NCBI GenBank assembly: GCA_964106645.2
Contig: OZ067038.1
Source: Podarcis pityusensis
Lineage: Eukaryota
Length of the DNA stretch: 64,000 nucleotides
Direction: 5' to 3' (one strand)
Positions within the stretch are counted from its first letter, which is position 1; each line of letters starts with the position of its first letter. The notes beneath the pieces are model-generated. The model did not search any database. It was given only the letters and a program-made list of their open reading frames with translations, and was not told where the DNA came from. Positions 25,327-37,752 of the stretch are shown in pieces. The translations under genes and the position numbers were made by a program.

Positions 25327-28300
25327 AGCCACACTTACAATAAACACATACCACCCAAAATCAAAGGAACAATGCTTTCCCCCACACCCTGCTTCAGAAT
25401 TATAATTTTATTGTTACAGAATTCTATGTAGATACAATGAATTAATCAGCAGTTCTTTCACAGAGTGACAACCTTAATATAAAATAATAGTACAGTGTGT
25501 TTTCAGACACATTAGCAGAGGCTACAGTGTTACATTTCCCTGTTCATTTTGTGAAAACCCACTTGCAGAAAAGAGAGGTGAAGGTGGGAAATCACCGGGT
25601 GCACGTCTCTGCAATGCTGAAATGGTGAGGCACGAGTATCATTCCTTTGGGTGCCTCACCTGTGCCTCCACCTCAGTTCAAGTACCTTCTGCTCAGGTGT
25701 TACTAGGGTGGTAGAAATGTATGTGTGCTGGATTTCTGCCTGCATCTATCTCTGCATCTATCTTCAGTATGCAAAGAGGAAGTCTTCAACATCAGACATG
25801 ACCCTAATATAGCCCAGAGATAATACACTGACTGCTGCATACAAAGATCCTCATGCCAAAGGAGTGTTCTGGTGGAACAAGCTGGATTAACTGAAAAGGG
25901 CCTTGCACTCATGCTGCTCCCTGAGGATCAGACTTGTTTGCTTAAAAGGGATATCAATTTGTTTGTGTCTAATGACTGACTGGAAGAGCGCACAAAATGC
26001 AGCCGCTGATAACTGGAAGATGGGACATCTGACAATCATTCTGTGAATATGTCCCTCTTCAGAAAGGCTGGCTAATAATTATTCTTTTCAAACAAGATAA
26101 AGCTGTGGTTTACTGAGGTTTCCCCCTTAATATACGTGCCATTGCTGTCTCTTTGTGTCTGTCCTGTTGCTTTTCCTCTCCTTCCACTTAACTCTGGGAC
26201 ATAAAAATGAATTTTATCAAGATAGGTTAGTAGATATCACGATGAGCACAATCTCCATGACACCCTTATTTTCACAATTGCTGGCTCTCTTAATGTGGAA
26301 ACTCTTATATTCAAAATCTTACTATTGTATTACTCCTGCTTTTCAGTTCTCCAGGGCTTTTGCACTGGAAGAGAAATTATGTAATTTTTCAAGTTGTCAC
26401 TATGAAGGATTATTATGTTTAACACCACATTAAAGCTTCTTTTGGTTTTTCTAATCTACCCTTATTCTTAACCGCAACCCAATCCAGGCTTTCAAAGGTA
26501 GTTTACAAACTAGCAATATAAAGCAAAGTTATTGCCAAATCTGCCTTTAAATGTATTTTGTTGACATAGGGGAGAAGGTGGATTATGCTATGCTTAACAT
26601 TATATCTGGTTTTTAAAAAATCAGTCTAAAATTAGATGTTCCCTTAAGGAAAATGTTTAATCTCTGTAATAAGATGTCTGTGCTTACCTGACTCTGCCAT
26701 TCCACACCGACAGGCTGAACAGTATTATCAGCTCTTTGGGTACTAATTCTTGCTTACTGGATGGATATTTTTCTCTTGCTGGATTAATAATCAACTTTCT
26801 AGATCAGTTCATTTGCAATTCTCTTCTGCTTAACCCTTTGTATTACCTTGCATTTAATCCTGAACTGAATGTGCACTTTCTCACCCATGCGTTAAGAAAA
26901 GTAAAAGAACAAAACCAAAACAAACTAGGTTATTATGGGATTTGGTTTAAGAACGTTAAAATTAAAGGCCCCCCAAACCAAGTCTTGAGTAAATAATAGT
27001 AAATAATATAGAAAGTACTTACACATTAAACCAATGTTCCAAGTTCAAGCAACTATGGGCATCTTACTCACATGAGCAGTCAATCACCTCGTGGGAAAAC
27101 CATCAGTTTTTGCCCCATGAGCCAGAGTATTAAGAATTAGTACTACTCCCCAAATGCAAAATAAGTGTGACTGACTTGCCCATATGACTAGTTAGCTGCA
27201 AAATTATCAGTTATCAGTTTATGCAAGACTGTCCATCTGTGTTGTCAGACAGAGAGAGTGAAGAGTAAATGTGGCTAGGAGCAAGAAGATAAGAGGCAGG
27301 CACCCTGAATCGCTTTTTTACAGTTCAAGTGAGGCCAGGATTATTGAAAGGGGGAAACCTAGGTTTCCCTCCTTCTCACCCACCTAACTATAGTAATGAA
27401 TAACCAGTGCTAAAAAAGTAATTTATCAGATAAGTACAACAGATCATGGAGAATTTGTATTATGAGAAAGGAAAAAACTAGAAAATAAGAAGGAGTAATG
27501 TTTGTTGACTGACAGTGTCATAGGAAAGAAGCTTGAAATCTTGGTATTTTAGTGGGGGTGTGGTGGATTTTGCTTTGGTTGGAATAAAATGAAAGGAAAT
27601 AAAACTAGGATAGCTAAGGTGTCGTGTTAAAGAAAAGAGAATAAAGGGAAATAACAACCTTTCTATCTTGCCTATTCTTTTTAAAAAGCGATGCGTTAGG
27701 TTTAGGGAGCCCTGGGCAAAATCCAAGAGATTGCAGCCTTTTCACTTTAACAAAAATGATTTCCCTGCAAAAAGCATGCTAGAGCTGTTTTATTAAACAG
27801 CCCTGAAGTACCTTTACGTTCCCTACAGACAAAAGGCAGAACCTCTTCAAGATCAGGCCTAGCACAAAGGGGCTTGACCTCATCTTTGCACAGAATAAGT
27901 AGCAAATGTAATATTTTTACATGGGAGTAAAGCGCTTTGTAGCAGCAGCTCTTAAAATCATTTATAGTAAACTTTCCATAAGATGTGCTGCAGATAATAA
28001 AATGCCGTAAAGTGTGAAGCAAATTTCCTTCATATTTATAGTGAATATTATTCTTTGCATGTTTGAAGGAAAACCTTTTTAAAAAGCCAATAATGTGAGA
28101 AAGCACAGCAGCTAAATTTATTGTTAAGCATCACATCACTGATACTCCTGGGGGTTTTTCTTCATAGGAAGAAAGCTTAAATAACATTTTCTAACACATT
28201 GGAGTGCTTCTCAGAGATGTGATGGCCTACAGAGGTGGTGCCGTAGAAAAGCATACAGGGAATGCTAAGTTAGTAAACAAGCTTTTTTTTTTATTTTCCA

Positions 28301-30429
28301 GATGGTAGACACAAATAAATCCAACTCTGTTTAATAAAATTGAACTATAGTTATCTTTTGTTCTCTGCAAAGTACATTATCTCTCTTTCCTGTTTCACCT
28401 GACTAATCTGGAGGTATTTGTTCCATCACCTGACTTAGTGGTTGGCTAGGAATAATAAGACAAAACAATCTGCTATTGTTACATGAGACAACCACCTTTC
28501 ATGTCCTTGAGCTCACCATGACCTTTCACCCTGCCTATCCCTCAATGGTCTTTTCTAACAATTAAAACTACACTCAGGCTGAATTCCAGATTGTCATATA
28601 AAGAGCCCTGTCCTTTCAAAACAAAACCAATTTTTACACCAAGGTGGGGGAGAAACACAAGTCCATTGTTCCCTCACAGATGGAAGTTAGAGTTACTAAG
28701 GCAACAGCTCTAATCCTCCTTTTAACCACCTTTTTCACATCATTGGACTATCAAGTATGCTACCTTTTAACTCATAAGCTCAAAAGCTGGTAGTCTAACT
28801 CACTGCTCTAATTAGCTACGATTTTCACAGTACAGACAACATGATGAGCTAATCGAAATTTGCAAAATAATGACGTACCTCCAGCAAATATTCCTCCTCC
28901 TGAGGCCCAGTCTTAGAATAACAATAATGGGACCATTATTAGAGGAGGGCATTAAAATGCTGCACTGCTGCTAAACAGAGAACTTAATTGTTCTGGTCTT
29001 GTCCATTGAATCAACAACCTATTGTTGAGAACTTGAAAAATAAAGGACTAGAGAATGGGTGCCATAATGATTGGTCTGTGCTGCCATACCAGCACTCCGC
29101 AGAATTGTTTTTCCTTTTGAAACTCTTGATGGACTAGTAGTTTTGTTTAAAAGTAATATAAAAGGCAATTGTTTGGGTAAAAAGTCCTATTTATTGAAAT
29201 CCTTCGAAGCAGTTGCAGGGATTTGCCCCCCCCCCCCGATCTAAAAAAAAGTGTTCAGACACAGGAATACCATCTGAAGAGGTCTACATTTACGCTAAAT
29301 ATCACTTCTTGCCAGGCTACTGTAATGAAGGAGGACACTTCCTTAGCCTTCTCTTGGATCAATAAAATGTCAGCTTTTGTAGACCCATTATGGGGTACAT
29401 CAAACTAAGTGGTAAAATTGGGAAGTTACCAAAGTTTTCATCAAAACATTATCTTTAATAGTAATCTGAAATTACTTAGAACTCACTATTCTTATGAACC
29501 GTGAATAAATTCAGACATGGTAAAGTACAGCTTAACTTTCTCCTGAGAGCAGGCCATTGAAATTGATGGAAGATATGAAAATGCTTGACCCCTTCTTATT
29601 AAAAAATAGCTGTATATCAGTTACAGCCAGTGACTAGCAATTATTCCTTCAATTTCAGTTCTGTCCTTCATTTATCTGTTATTTATTTCTTTAAAAACCA
29701 AGTATTCCCCTGCAAAGTTGCAGAAGAAAAGGGGGGGGGGGGTTGCAAGGGAGTAACTATGATGCATAGGATAGGTGGGATCCAGAGAGACCTTTGCCCA
29801 AGTGGAAGAAGGTACATCTGCTTATGCAAGGAGGAGGGTCTGATATTTCTGCTAGTTTCCCCCCAGCGACATTCCCCATCCCACACCATCCCAGAGGGTC
29901 TTCTGTCACTCAAGAAGGATGATATTCTATATGTGGCCAATTATATTTAAAGTATAATAACCAAAATCAATATTAATATGCAAAATTATAAAAATAGGCA
30001 AATTGTTCTAACTCTACGCATGATTAAGAACGTTTGAAATTGTCTGATGGACTGGCCCACTGTAAAGTAGGTAAGCTTAAAATCATTTTCCATTAGTGGA
30101 TATTTACTGAACCTTTTGAGCAGTTTAGTGATTAGCACAATATTTGCTTATTTATGTGGAATATGGAAGCCACTGTTTTAATGTGTCGAACACATCACTG
30201 TTTATTTTACTCCATGAGTTTTAATGATCTCCCCAACCTCTTCTTTTCAGCTGTTGAGATTGCCAATCTATGCCCAATAACAAAAACAGTTTGGGGCATA
30301 TTGCGCACTTTCTCCGACTTCACAGCTGCTCTAATATGAGACCTATTAGGGAGAGAAGAGCTCCTCCTACCCCAACAGCCACGCCCTCTGCAGCATGACT
30401 GGGGTCTCTCCAATCTTGCTGGAAGGCAC

Positions 30430-30645
30430 CAGGTTGGAAAGGATACCATCTACAATAGCTATGTTCTACCTCCACTTCACAGGCAGTATGCCTCAGAATA
30501 CCAGCTGTTAGGAATCACAAGTGGGGAGAGTACAGCTGTGCTCAGGTTCTGCTTGTGGGCATCCTTCAGCATCTGGCTGGCTATTGTGAGAACAGCATGC
30601 TGGACTAGCTAGGCCGTTAGCCTGACTCAGCAGGATTCTTCTTTG
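30430..30645 (+). mobile_element. Old CR1-like LINE 3' fragment
   Basis: Reverse complement of the family at 17237 and 54330; ends gctggactag...gcctgactcagcagg..ttctt. Confidence 0.6.
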
Positions 30646-30814
30646 TCACTTAAATGATAGGACAAAGCTGGCCACAGATGACCGGGAAGTGGAGGCACAG
30701 CAATATACTGAAATATAAGTTACAGTTGTACGGAAAGGGATCCTGACACCCAGGTGAAATGTTTGATCACTGTTGAGCATATTTACTTAGACACACACAC
30801 ACACACACGGCCTG

Positions 30815-30933
30815 GATGGTATTCAACCCTAGTCCTAATGAGAGTGGACCCACTGAAGTTAATGCACACGACTAACTTAGGTTCATTACTTTCAATGGGT
30901 TAACTCTGAGTAGGACTAGATTTGGATACCATC
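30815..30933. mobile_element. ~120-bp hairpin (imperfect palindrome) MITE-like repeat
   Basis: gatggtattcaa..ctagtccta / taggactag..ttggataccatc inverted arms. Confidence 0.7.
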
Positions 30934-32164
30934 TGCTGTATCGTTATAGCCTGCAAAAATGTACAGTGGAAGAAGGTGCCTAGGGCTACCTGTAGAAGTT
31001 AACTGCCTGAAGTTTATATAAAATATAATTTTGAAATCTTCAGAAGTTTAGTGAAGCAGAAACATGGACATTTGTGAAGTACACAGAAAGGCAAAATAAA
31101 TAATGTTAGAGGAGGCAACACAAACAGAGAAAGGTTAAATGTGGGAGCTAGCTGAATGTGAAAGGAGAGGGTGTAAGAAAAGATGGGGGAATGATTTAAG
31201 GAGAATGAAGTCCGTATTTTTAATGGAACAGAAATATTTTGTAATGGAACAGGGGAAAAACAATCTTTGTGGCTGAATAACTCGTCCTGCTTTTTAAAAA
31301 TATAGACATATATTCACATACTGTATCTAACAAATATTCAAAGAGGCTGACTGGGAATACTGGGAATTGCAGTCCAAAATATCTGAAGAGCACCAGGTTG
31401 AGGAAGGCTACCATAAGCCCTCTCATAAAAGGTTTGGTTTTTTGTACTTAATTTGCTCTTATATACGTACAAGTCTCTGTTTTTATCAGGGTACTGCATA
31501 TTGTGCACATTTTTTTAAGTCAGGTACTTTTCTTTTGTAAATTGAAAAAGGAAATATATAATATCAGAAAGTATTAAACTGTAAACAAGACATCTTGATT
31601 TATGCAAGCCTTGCTTTGCTTCATTTATCTTCATCTTGTTAGGCTAAATTAATTAATCTCAGCACTGTACACTTTCTCTTTTCATTACATCAAATATTAT
31701 GGCCTGGATATGGGAGGAAGCTCTCACCAGAGGGATTTTAAAACACTACCTCGAGGAAGAGTTTCTACGAATGCATAGCTCTAGCAATATTAACCAGATT
31801 AGATGCATTAATTGTATAAAAAGTTTATTAAAGGCAGTATTCCTTGGCTTTAAAATAATTGCATTCCTGCATTCCCAAAAATATTTCAGAATCTTAAAGT
31901 ATATCAAAGTAGTTTTTGTTTGTAAAAAAATCAAATATTTGGACATTCATTTAAAAATAGGCAAAATAAATTGACACCACAAGTCTGTACATTCTTTAAG
32001 CAAATCATCTTTTTTTACAGTACATCAAATTATGAGAACACAAACAGTTACAAATTATTTAGGCAGGCCACATACACTCTATGAGATGAGTGTGTTTTTA
32101 ACACACTTTCGCTGTTAATTTATTGATGTAATGAAAGGAATAACTAGATTCTCAGGAAACCTAC

Positions 32165-32349
32165 TTGTCTTGATACAGCGAGAAGGGGCACCATGTAAAC
32201 TGTTCTGCAAGTTTTCCTCTCTTAACTTGCAACAGTAGAGCTTCTGGAGCTATGCAAGTGGACAAAACTGTAAAGCCTTTTTTAATCTTACCCTGATCAA
32301 CCAAGCCTCTCTTCCTCCAATCACAGTTTTGTGCGTGATATCTTTCTCC
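32165..32349 (-). other. Candidate internal exon of an unidentified host gene
   Basis: Stop-free minus frame ERYHAQNCDWRKRGLVDQGKIKKGFTVLSTCIAPEALLLQVKRGKLAEQFTWCPFSLYQD ending at AA|GTAGGT; possible acceptors at 32349 or 32267, both weak; non-repetitive context. Confidence 0.25.
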
Positions 32350-33682
32350 TAGTGTTTCTTATTTAATTAAAACAGACACTGACAGAAGGACATGGATTAG
32401 GGCTGTAATGATGCATTTACTTAGATTAATCGAAGTCTCCTTTTGGAGTAATGGCTTAAACAAAGAACAAAAGGAAATTGTTATGAAACAGCCTTTTATC
32501 CCAAGCAAAGGTCATATTATGAGGTTTTTAATTTTGTTGGCCTCTGTTACACTGGGCCTCGCTACTGGAACATGAGAAGTGCCCTTTTTTTCTCTTGCAA
32601 AGCCCGTTATTATAATATAGCCATTATAGCTGCAAATTAAAATGTCTGATTTTAAAACAGGTTGCTTAGCTTTCAGAACCCTCTAATTAGCATGTTGTGC
32701 ATTGTTGTGAAGGAAAGACGACTAAAACACTAATGACCCACTGCCAGGTGACTGCACTACTGCACAAAGTAATAAAGACCTTTTTAAAGGAACACAATGA
32801 ATTATCCAAGATGTGGTCTTCTTCTCTGCACCCCTTTATTCATAAAGAATTCATTGCATTCGGTCACATAAGCAAGTTCGGGAAATATTTCTATGGAAAT
32901 ATTTTAATACGGGAACTACAAAGAAGACCAGAACCGTGCTACGTTGTTAGGGGAGAGCAAGGCAAGCCAATGCAACAGAAGTCGAAAGCAGAATGAAGAG
33001 AGTACATAATCCTAAATATGGCTACTCAGATGGAAATCCCACTTATTTCAATAAGGCTTACTCTTCTCAGCTAGGTGGATATAGGATTGCAACCCAAAGA
33101 GTGCTTTCGGAGAGTTGCACTTCCTGTTGCTGCCACTGTGTGCATAGGTGGGTAACACAGCTCCCCACCTAGAAAACACTGAAATAATTATAATCTGGAT
33201 AAGAAATATGATTTTAGGGAGTCATGAACATTCTGGTTGTAAACACCCCACCTACATTGTAGCTGTTCTAATGAAAAGTGAACCACTCCACTTTAATAAA
33301 AACATTAGAGGATTTGATTCTGGATCTCCCACATCACATGTGATCTGATATGTTGGAAGTCCCTTAAAGACCTGCTCCAGATACACATGTGATATCACTT
33401 CAGCCTAGCACCAGTGGCTGGCTAGCTCAAGCACTGGCCAAGGCCTCAGGGACTTAGAAGGACCACTCACAGGTTTGACCCAGTCACTGGTCATTCACCA
33501 TCCTCCATATAGGGCTTCTGGGTGTTTTGTGGTGGAAAGAGGTGCCACTTTTGAATGGTAGCCAAGCTCAGCTCCCATCCATGGGGGCTGCCTGCCATTT
33601 AAAGATACCCAAAATGCAGTGCCCTGCATTTAATAGATCTATTAAATTTATTGGTTTTGTAGACCTGTAGTCCAAGTGGGAA

Positions 33683-34048
33683 GGGACGCGGGTGGCGCTG
33701 TGGTCTAAACCACTGAGCCTAGGGCTTGCTGATCGGAATGTCGGCGGTTCAAATCCCCATGACGGGGTGAGCTCCCGTTGCTCGGTCCCAACTCCTGTCA
33801 ACCTAGCAGTTCGAAAGCATGTCAAAGTACAAGTAGATAAATAGGTACCACTCCGTTGGGAAGGTAAACGGTGTTTCCATGCGCTGCTCTGGTTTTGCCA
33901 GAAGCAGCTTAGTCATGCTGGCCACATGACCCGGAAAAACTGTCTGTGGACAAACGGCGGCTCCCTCGGCCAGTAAAGCGAGATGAGCGCCGCAACCCCA
34001 GAGTCGTTCGCGACTGGACTTACTGTAACTGTAACTACTGTAACTTTT
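33683..34048 (+). mobile_element. Sauria SINE (Squam1), lacertid-type
   Basis: gggacgcgggtggcgctgtggtctaaaccactgagcctagggcttgc head and typical body (gccagaagcagcttagtcatgctggccacatgacccgg); 14-bp TSD tagtcca(a/g)gtggga at 33668-33681 and 34049-34062. Confidence 0.93.
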
Positions 34049-34615
34049 TAGTCCAGGTGGGATGGGAACCAAGCTTGGCTCTCATTCAAAAGTGCTGCTG
34101 TCCATCAACTGTTGAATTATATCCCTGGTAGAGGATAAGAAATAGTGCCAGCCCCAAAACAGCGGCAAAGGAACTTGGACCCTTCCTGGTTGAAAGAGTT
34201 CTGAAGGGAGGGTTGAAGTCTGACCTTGGCCCTATATTCCTTTTGCTTCAATGGGGGAGCATTAGAACTGGCCTGATAGCAATAAACAAATAGTCGTCGT
34301 CCCCTTCTATCAATGAAAAAACAGAGAAATCACTCCATTTGATTCAAAGTAAAGGCAAAGTTGTTTCCATGCACAAAGTTTGCTTCACAGAGGAATGGAA
34401 AGAAAAGTGATTCTCCTGTGGCTTCAACTACTTGTCTAGTTCTCTAGACAAACAAAAGACCTAAACGAAGTGCCTTCTGCTGCAAGGAAAACTTTGCAAC
34501 TGAGCTTTATAGACTCCAACAGTATGAAGTCATTTCCTGCCCACCTAAAACCATTGGCTTTCCCACACTTCTGACATGAAGGATCTGAGTAGAACTGAAA
34601 AAGCTGCTGCCTTGG

Positions 34616-34697
34616 AGTGCAGTCCAATTCATGCCTACTCAGAAGTAAACCTCACTGAGTTCAATGGGACTTGCTCCCCTTGTGATTGGACTGCACT
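34616..34697. mobile_element. Short hairpin MITE-like repeat
   Basis: Perfect 13-bp inverted ends agtgcagtccaat / attggactgcact; same core as 2570-2656. Confidence 0.75.
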
Positions 34698-37629
34698 TTT
34701 AATTTTACTCTCTCTTTTTCTTTTAAAGTGGTGGACATAAACTATAAGGATATGGTTTCTTTGCCCGTGATTATTACTGTCTACTTTCTCACAAAATGAC
34801 ATTGCCACCTAACACAAGGCAAAGTTACCTAATGTGCAAACTTGAATACTGCCTGAAGGCACATACCTTTTATTTTCCTAGTCCAAAGCACAATTCAAAG
34901 TTATGTCATTAATACAAAGTGCGCTCTCTCTCTCTCTCCTCCCCATCCCTTTGTTTGGGAAGGTTCTCCCCCACCCCACCCCACCCCGCCTCAAAGCCTT
35001 GCTTACCAGGGTTGCATGGCTGCAGGTTCCAGGTTCCAGGTTCCAGCAACACCTTGCTGGAAACCCAGAAGATACAGCCACTTCTCCTTGCTTCTTTAGC
35101 AGTGGAGGCAGTGGCAGCGGGTGAGAGGGCACCTTCTCCCATGGGAGAAGTGAGGAGAAATGGCGGCAGTGGCAAGATTTTGCAATAATTCCATGGGATT
35201 TCACCAGAAGCGACAACCACTTCTCCTTGTTTCTCCAGCAGTAGCAGGGTGCCTGCAGGGATGCTGCTCCTTGGGATTCAGCCTCCCAAGGCAGCTGCCT
35301 CAGTCTGCCTCATGGGTGGGCCAGCCCTGTCAGCCAGAAGATAGTTGGACAAGAATGGGTCAATCATCACCAAGAAGAGCAGGAACAAAATGAGAAGATG
35401 CAAGATGCATGCTAAGCTGAAGAAGACCACCCATCCCCTCAGTTATTCAGCACCAAGGACTTTCCCTGGCAGGTATTTTTAAATCTTTCAAGGATATAGG
35501 TGAATGAACGAAAGCTCATTAGGCACTATCAAGAAGTAAATCTGCTCACATTGTGTTGCAGAACAGAGGCTAGGAGCCTGCAACAGAATTATGAAGAACC
35601 AGCATACCCATGCCACCTGGTGAGTACTAGGGCAGATTCACATATGCTTTATTTGATGCTCTGCATGTGATGACTTGCAGCTGAATGTGTAAACAAACTA
35701 TACTGGAAAGCATAATTCTGAAGTTATACAAAAGTTCCATCTGTGGTGTTATCTGCAACAACTCATTCACACTTGCAAGTCATCTCTTAAATGGTGCTGT
35801 TATCAAGTGAATAAGCATGCGTGAGTAAAAGCCAACCTATAAACTTCAGAAGTGAAATATGAAAACAGAGAACAAGCTAGCAATCTAAAGCCACGGATCA
35901 AGTATCAAGTATTTCATGAGAAACCAAATCTAAAACATGGCAATACCGAGCCCAAATCATCAAAACATCTACCCATAAACCTTTCGCTGAATTTAGTGGT
36001 AGATCGGCAGCTAAAGGAATTACAAGAATGGGTCGTAGGATACTGTGTAATGTGAGTGAATGCATTGTGTGCGTAATTCAATATCCACTAGCCTAAGCTA
36101 GCATTCAGAAGGCACATTTTGACTTAATAAATGTCAAATGTTGAAACACACACCGCAGTCATTTTAGTAAATAAGTAGAAAAATGTGGGCCAATCCCCCA
36201 CATGCAATATGAGCATTGGCTTTAAAGTAAGAATTGTTTAGATAGTAAATTAACTGTGTTGCTTAACCTTCACTGGATAAAAAGCCCTTCCAGGCAATAT
36301 CTGTATCCATTCAGCATTAGAACAATGAGCTCCTGCCTGAGCATAGTACTTAGTGTCCTGTGGTTTCTATCGAATATCCCTATATTACACCAGTGTACAT
36401 AGCACAGTAGCAGTAATTTAAGAGTTCAGCATAGCAGCCTGGCAGGATCAGGCTGGCATAACAGCGGTTAGTGGCATGGTACCACACAAACAGTAGCAAA
36501 GCAGTCATGCAGAGTGTGGAGTCATGCTGGTATGGAACAGAAATAGATACCAAATTGGGTTTGGTATAAGACTGGGCTGTACAACTTCAGCCCTCAGACT
36601 TGTGTTCTTTTATATAAGTCAGCCCTTGATACAATTCAACCAAGTAGCAACTGATTTACCTAGTGATCATATACATTTGTTATAACCTTTGTTATAACCA
36701 TTGGCCATGCTGGCTAAGGCTGAAAGGAGCTGAAGTCCAACAGTAGCTGGAGACCCCCACATTGACTACTCCTGGTTATAAGTTCTATATAAAAACAAAC
36801 AAATGTGACATTTGCTCAACCTTGCCTATGAGAACGGTCATTAAATGTAGCTCTGAATTTGGTAAAATAACAAACCAAGTGTGCACAGTGAAATATAGCA
36901 ATAAAAACTATCACAAAAGGACACCTGAAAGAGCAGCAGGCAGATTTTTAAAAGATTCTTCTAGAGAGACATCATTCAGAGAGACAAGAAGACAGCTTTA
37001 AGGGAAAAGAAGCTCTCCAAATATGGTTGTGGTTAAAGAACATGCTCTTTAAACTGACAGCTAGAATCAACTGCACCTCAGGGGCAAAACACTTCTTGCC
37101 CACTGAAGCTTTTATTCTCTGCTTTACCTTCAGGCAAAAACAAAACAAAACAAAAAACCCAGCAGGATTAGGCCAGTTAAAAAGCATGATCATATGGAAG
37201 AAATCCATACTGCTAAGCAGTGCCTTTGTCATTCATATCCAGTAAGAGATTGCACAAATTTGTTGCAAATAGTTTGTATACTTCAGTATATGTTTTTTAT
37301 GCAGATGGGAGAATGTTCAATTTTAGCTGAATCTTCTTCATGATGATTAGACTGCTGGACTTGCTAGATACAACTGCTAGGCAATGTGCTGGAGTGCAAA
37401 GTGCTTTCTCAGCCTCCTCCTTGTTCTGTACAACAAAAAGGAGTTCCTATTCACGTCTGTACAATGGTTTGGGCTCACCCCACACACAACTGTACAGGAC
37501 CTGAATGTACCAATACCTGACACACACAGAAGCACTGGGCACATCCATTGCTTGAATGAAAGAAGAAAGTCACAGTAAACGAGCTCAAGAAAGTGAGCAT
37601 ATTAAATATCTGTACATTCTGACAAATAT

Positions 37630-37752
37630 GGTTCCCTCCAGATATTTTGTAGGTTTCATATCCATCACTCCCAGCCAGCACGGCCAATTTTCATGGATGA
37701 TGGGAGCTGCAGTCCAGCAACATCTGGAGAGCACCAGGGCAGAGAAGACTGG
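37630..37752. mobile_element. Short non-autonomous hAT-like hairpin element
   Basis: ctccagata...gatgggagctgcagtccagcaacatctggag; related copies at ~18085-18200, ~31350-31410, ~36690-36770, ~46850-46945, 50182-50290 and ~52640-52770. Confidence 0.6.
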
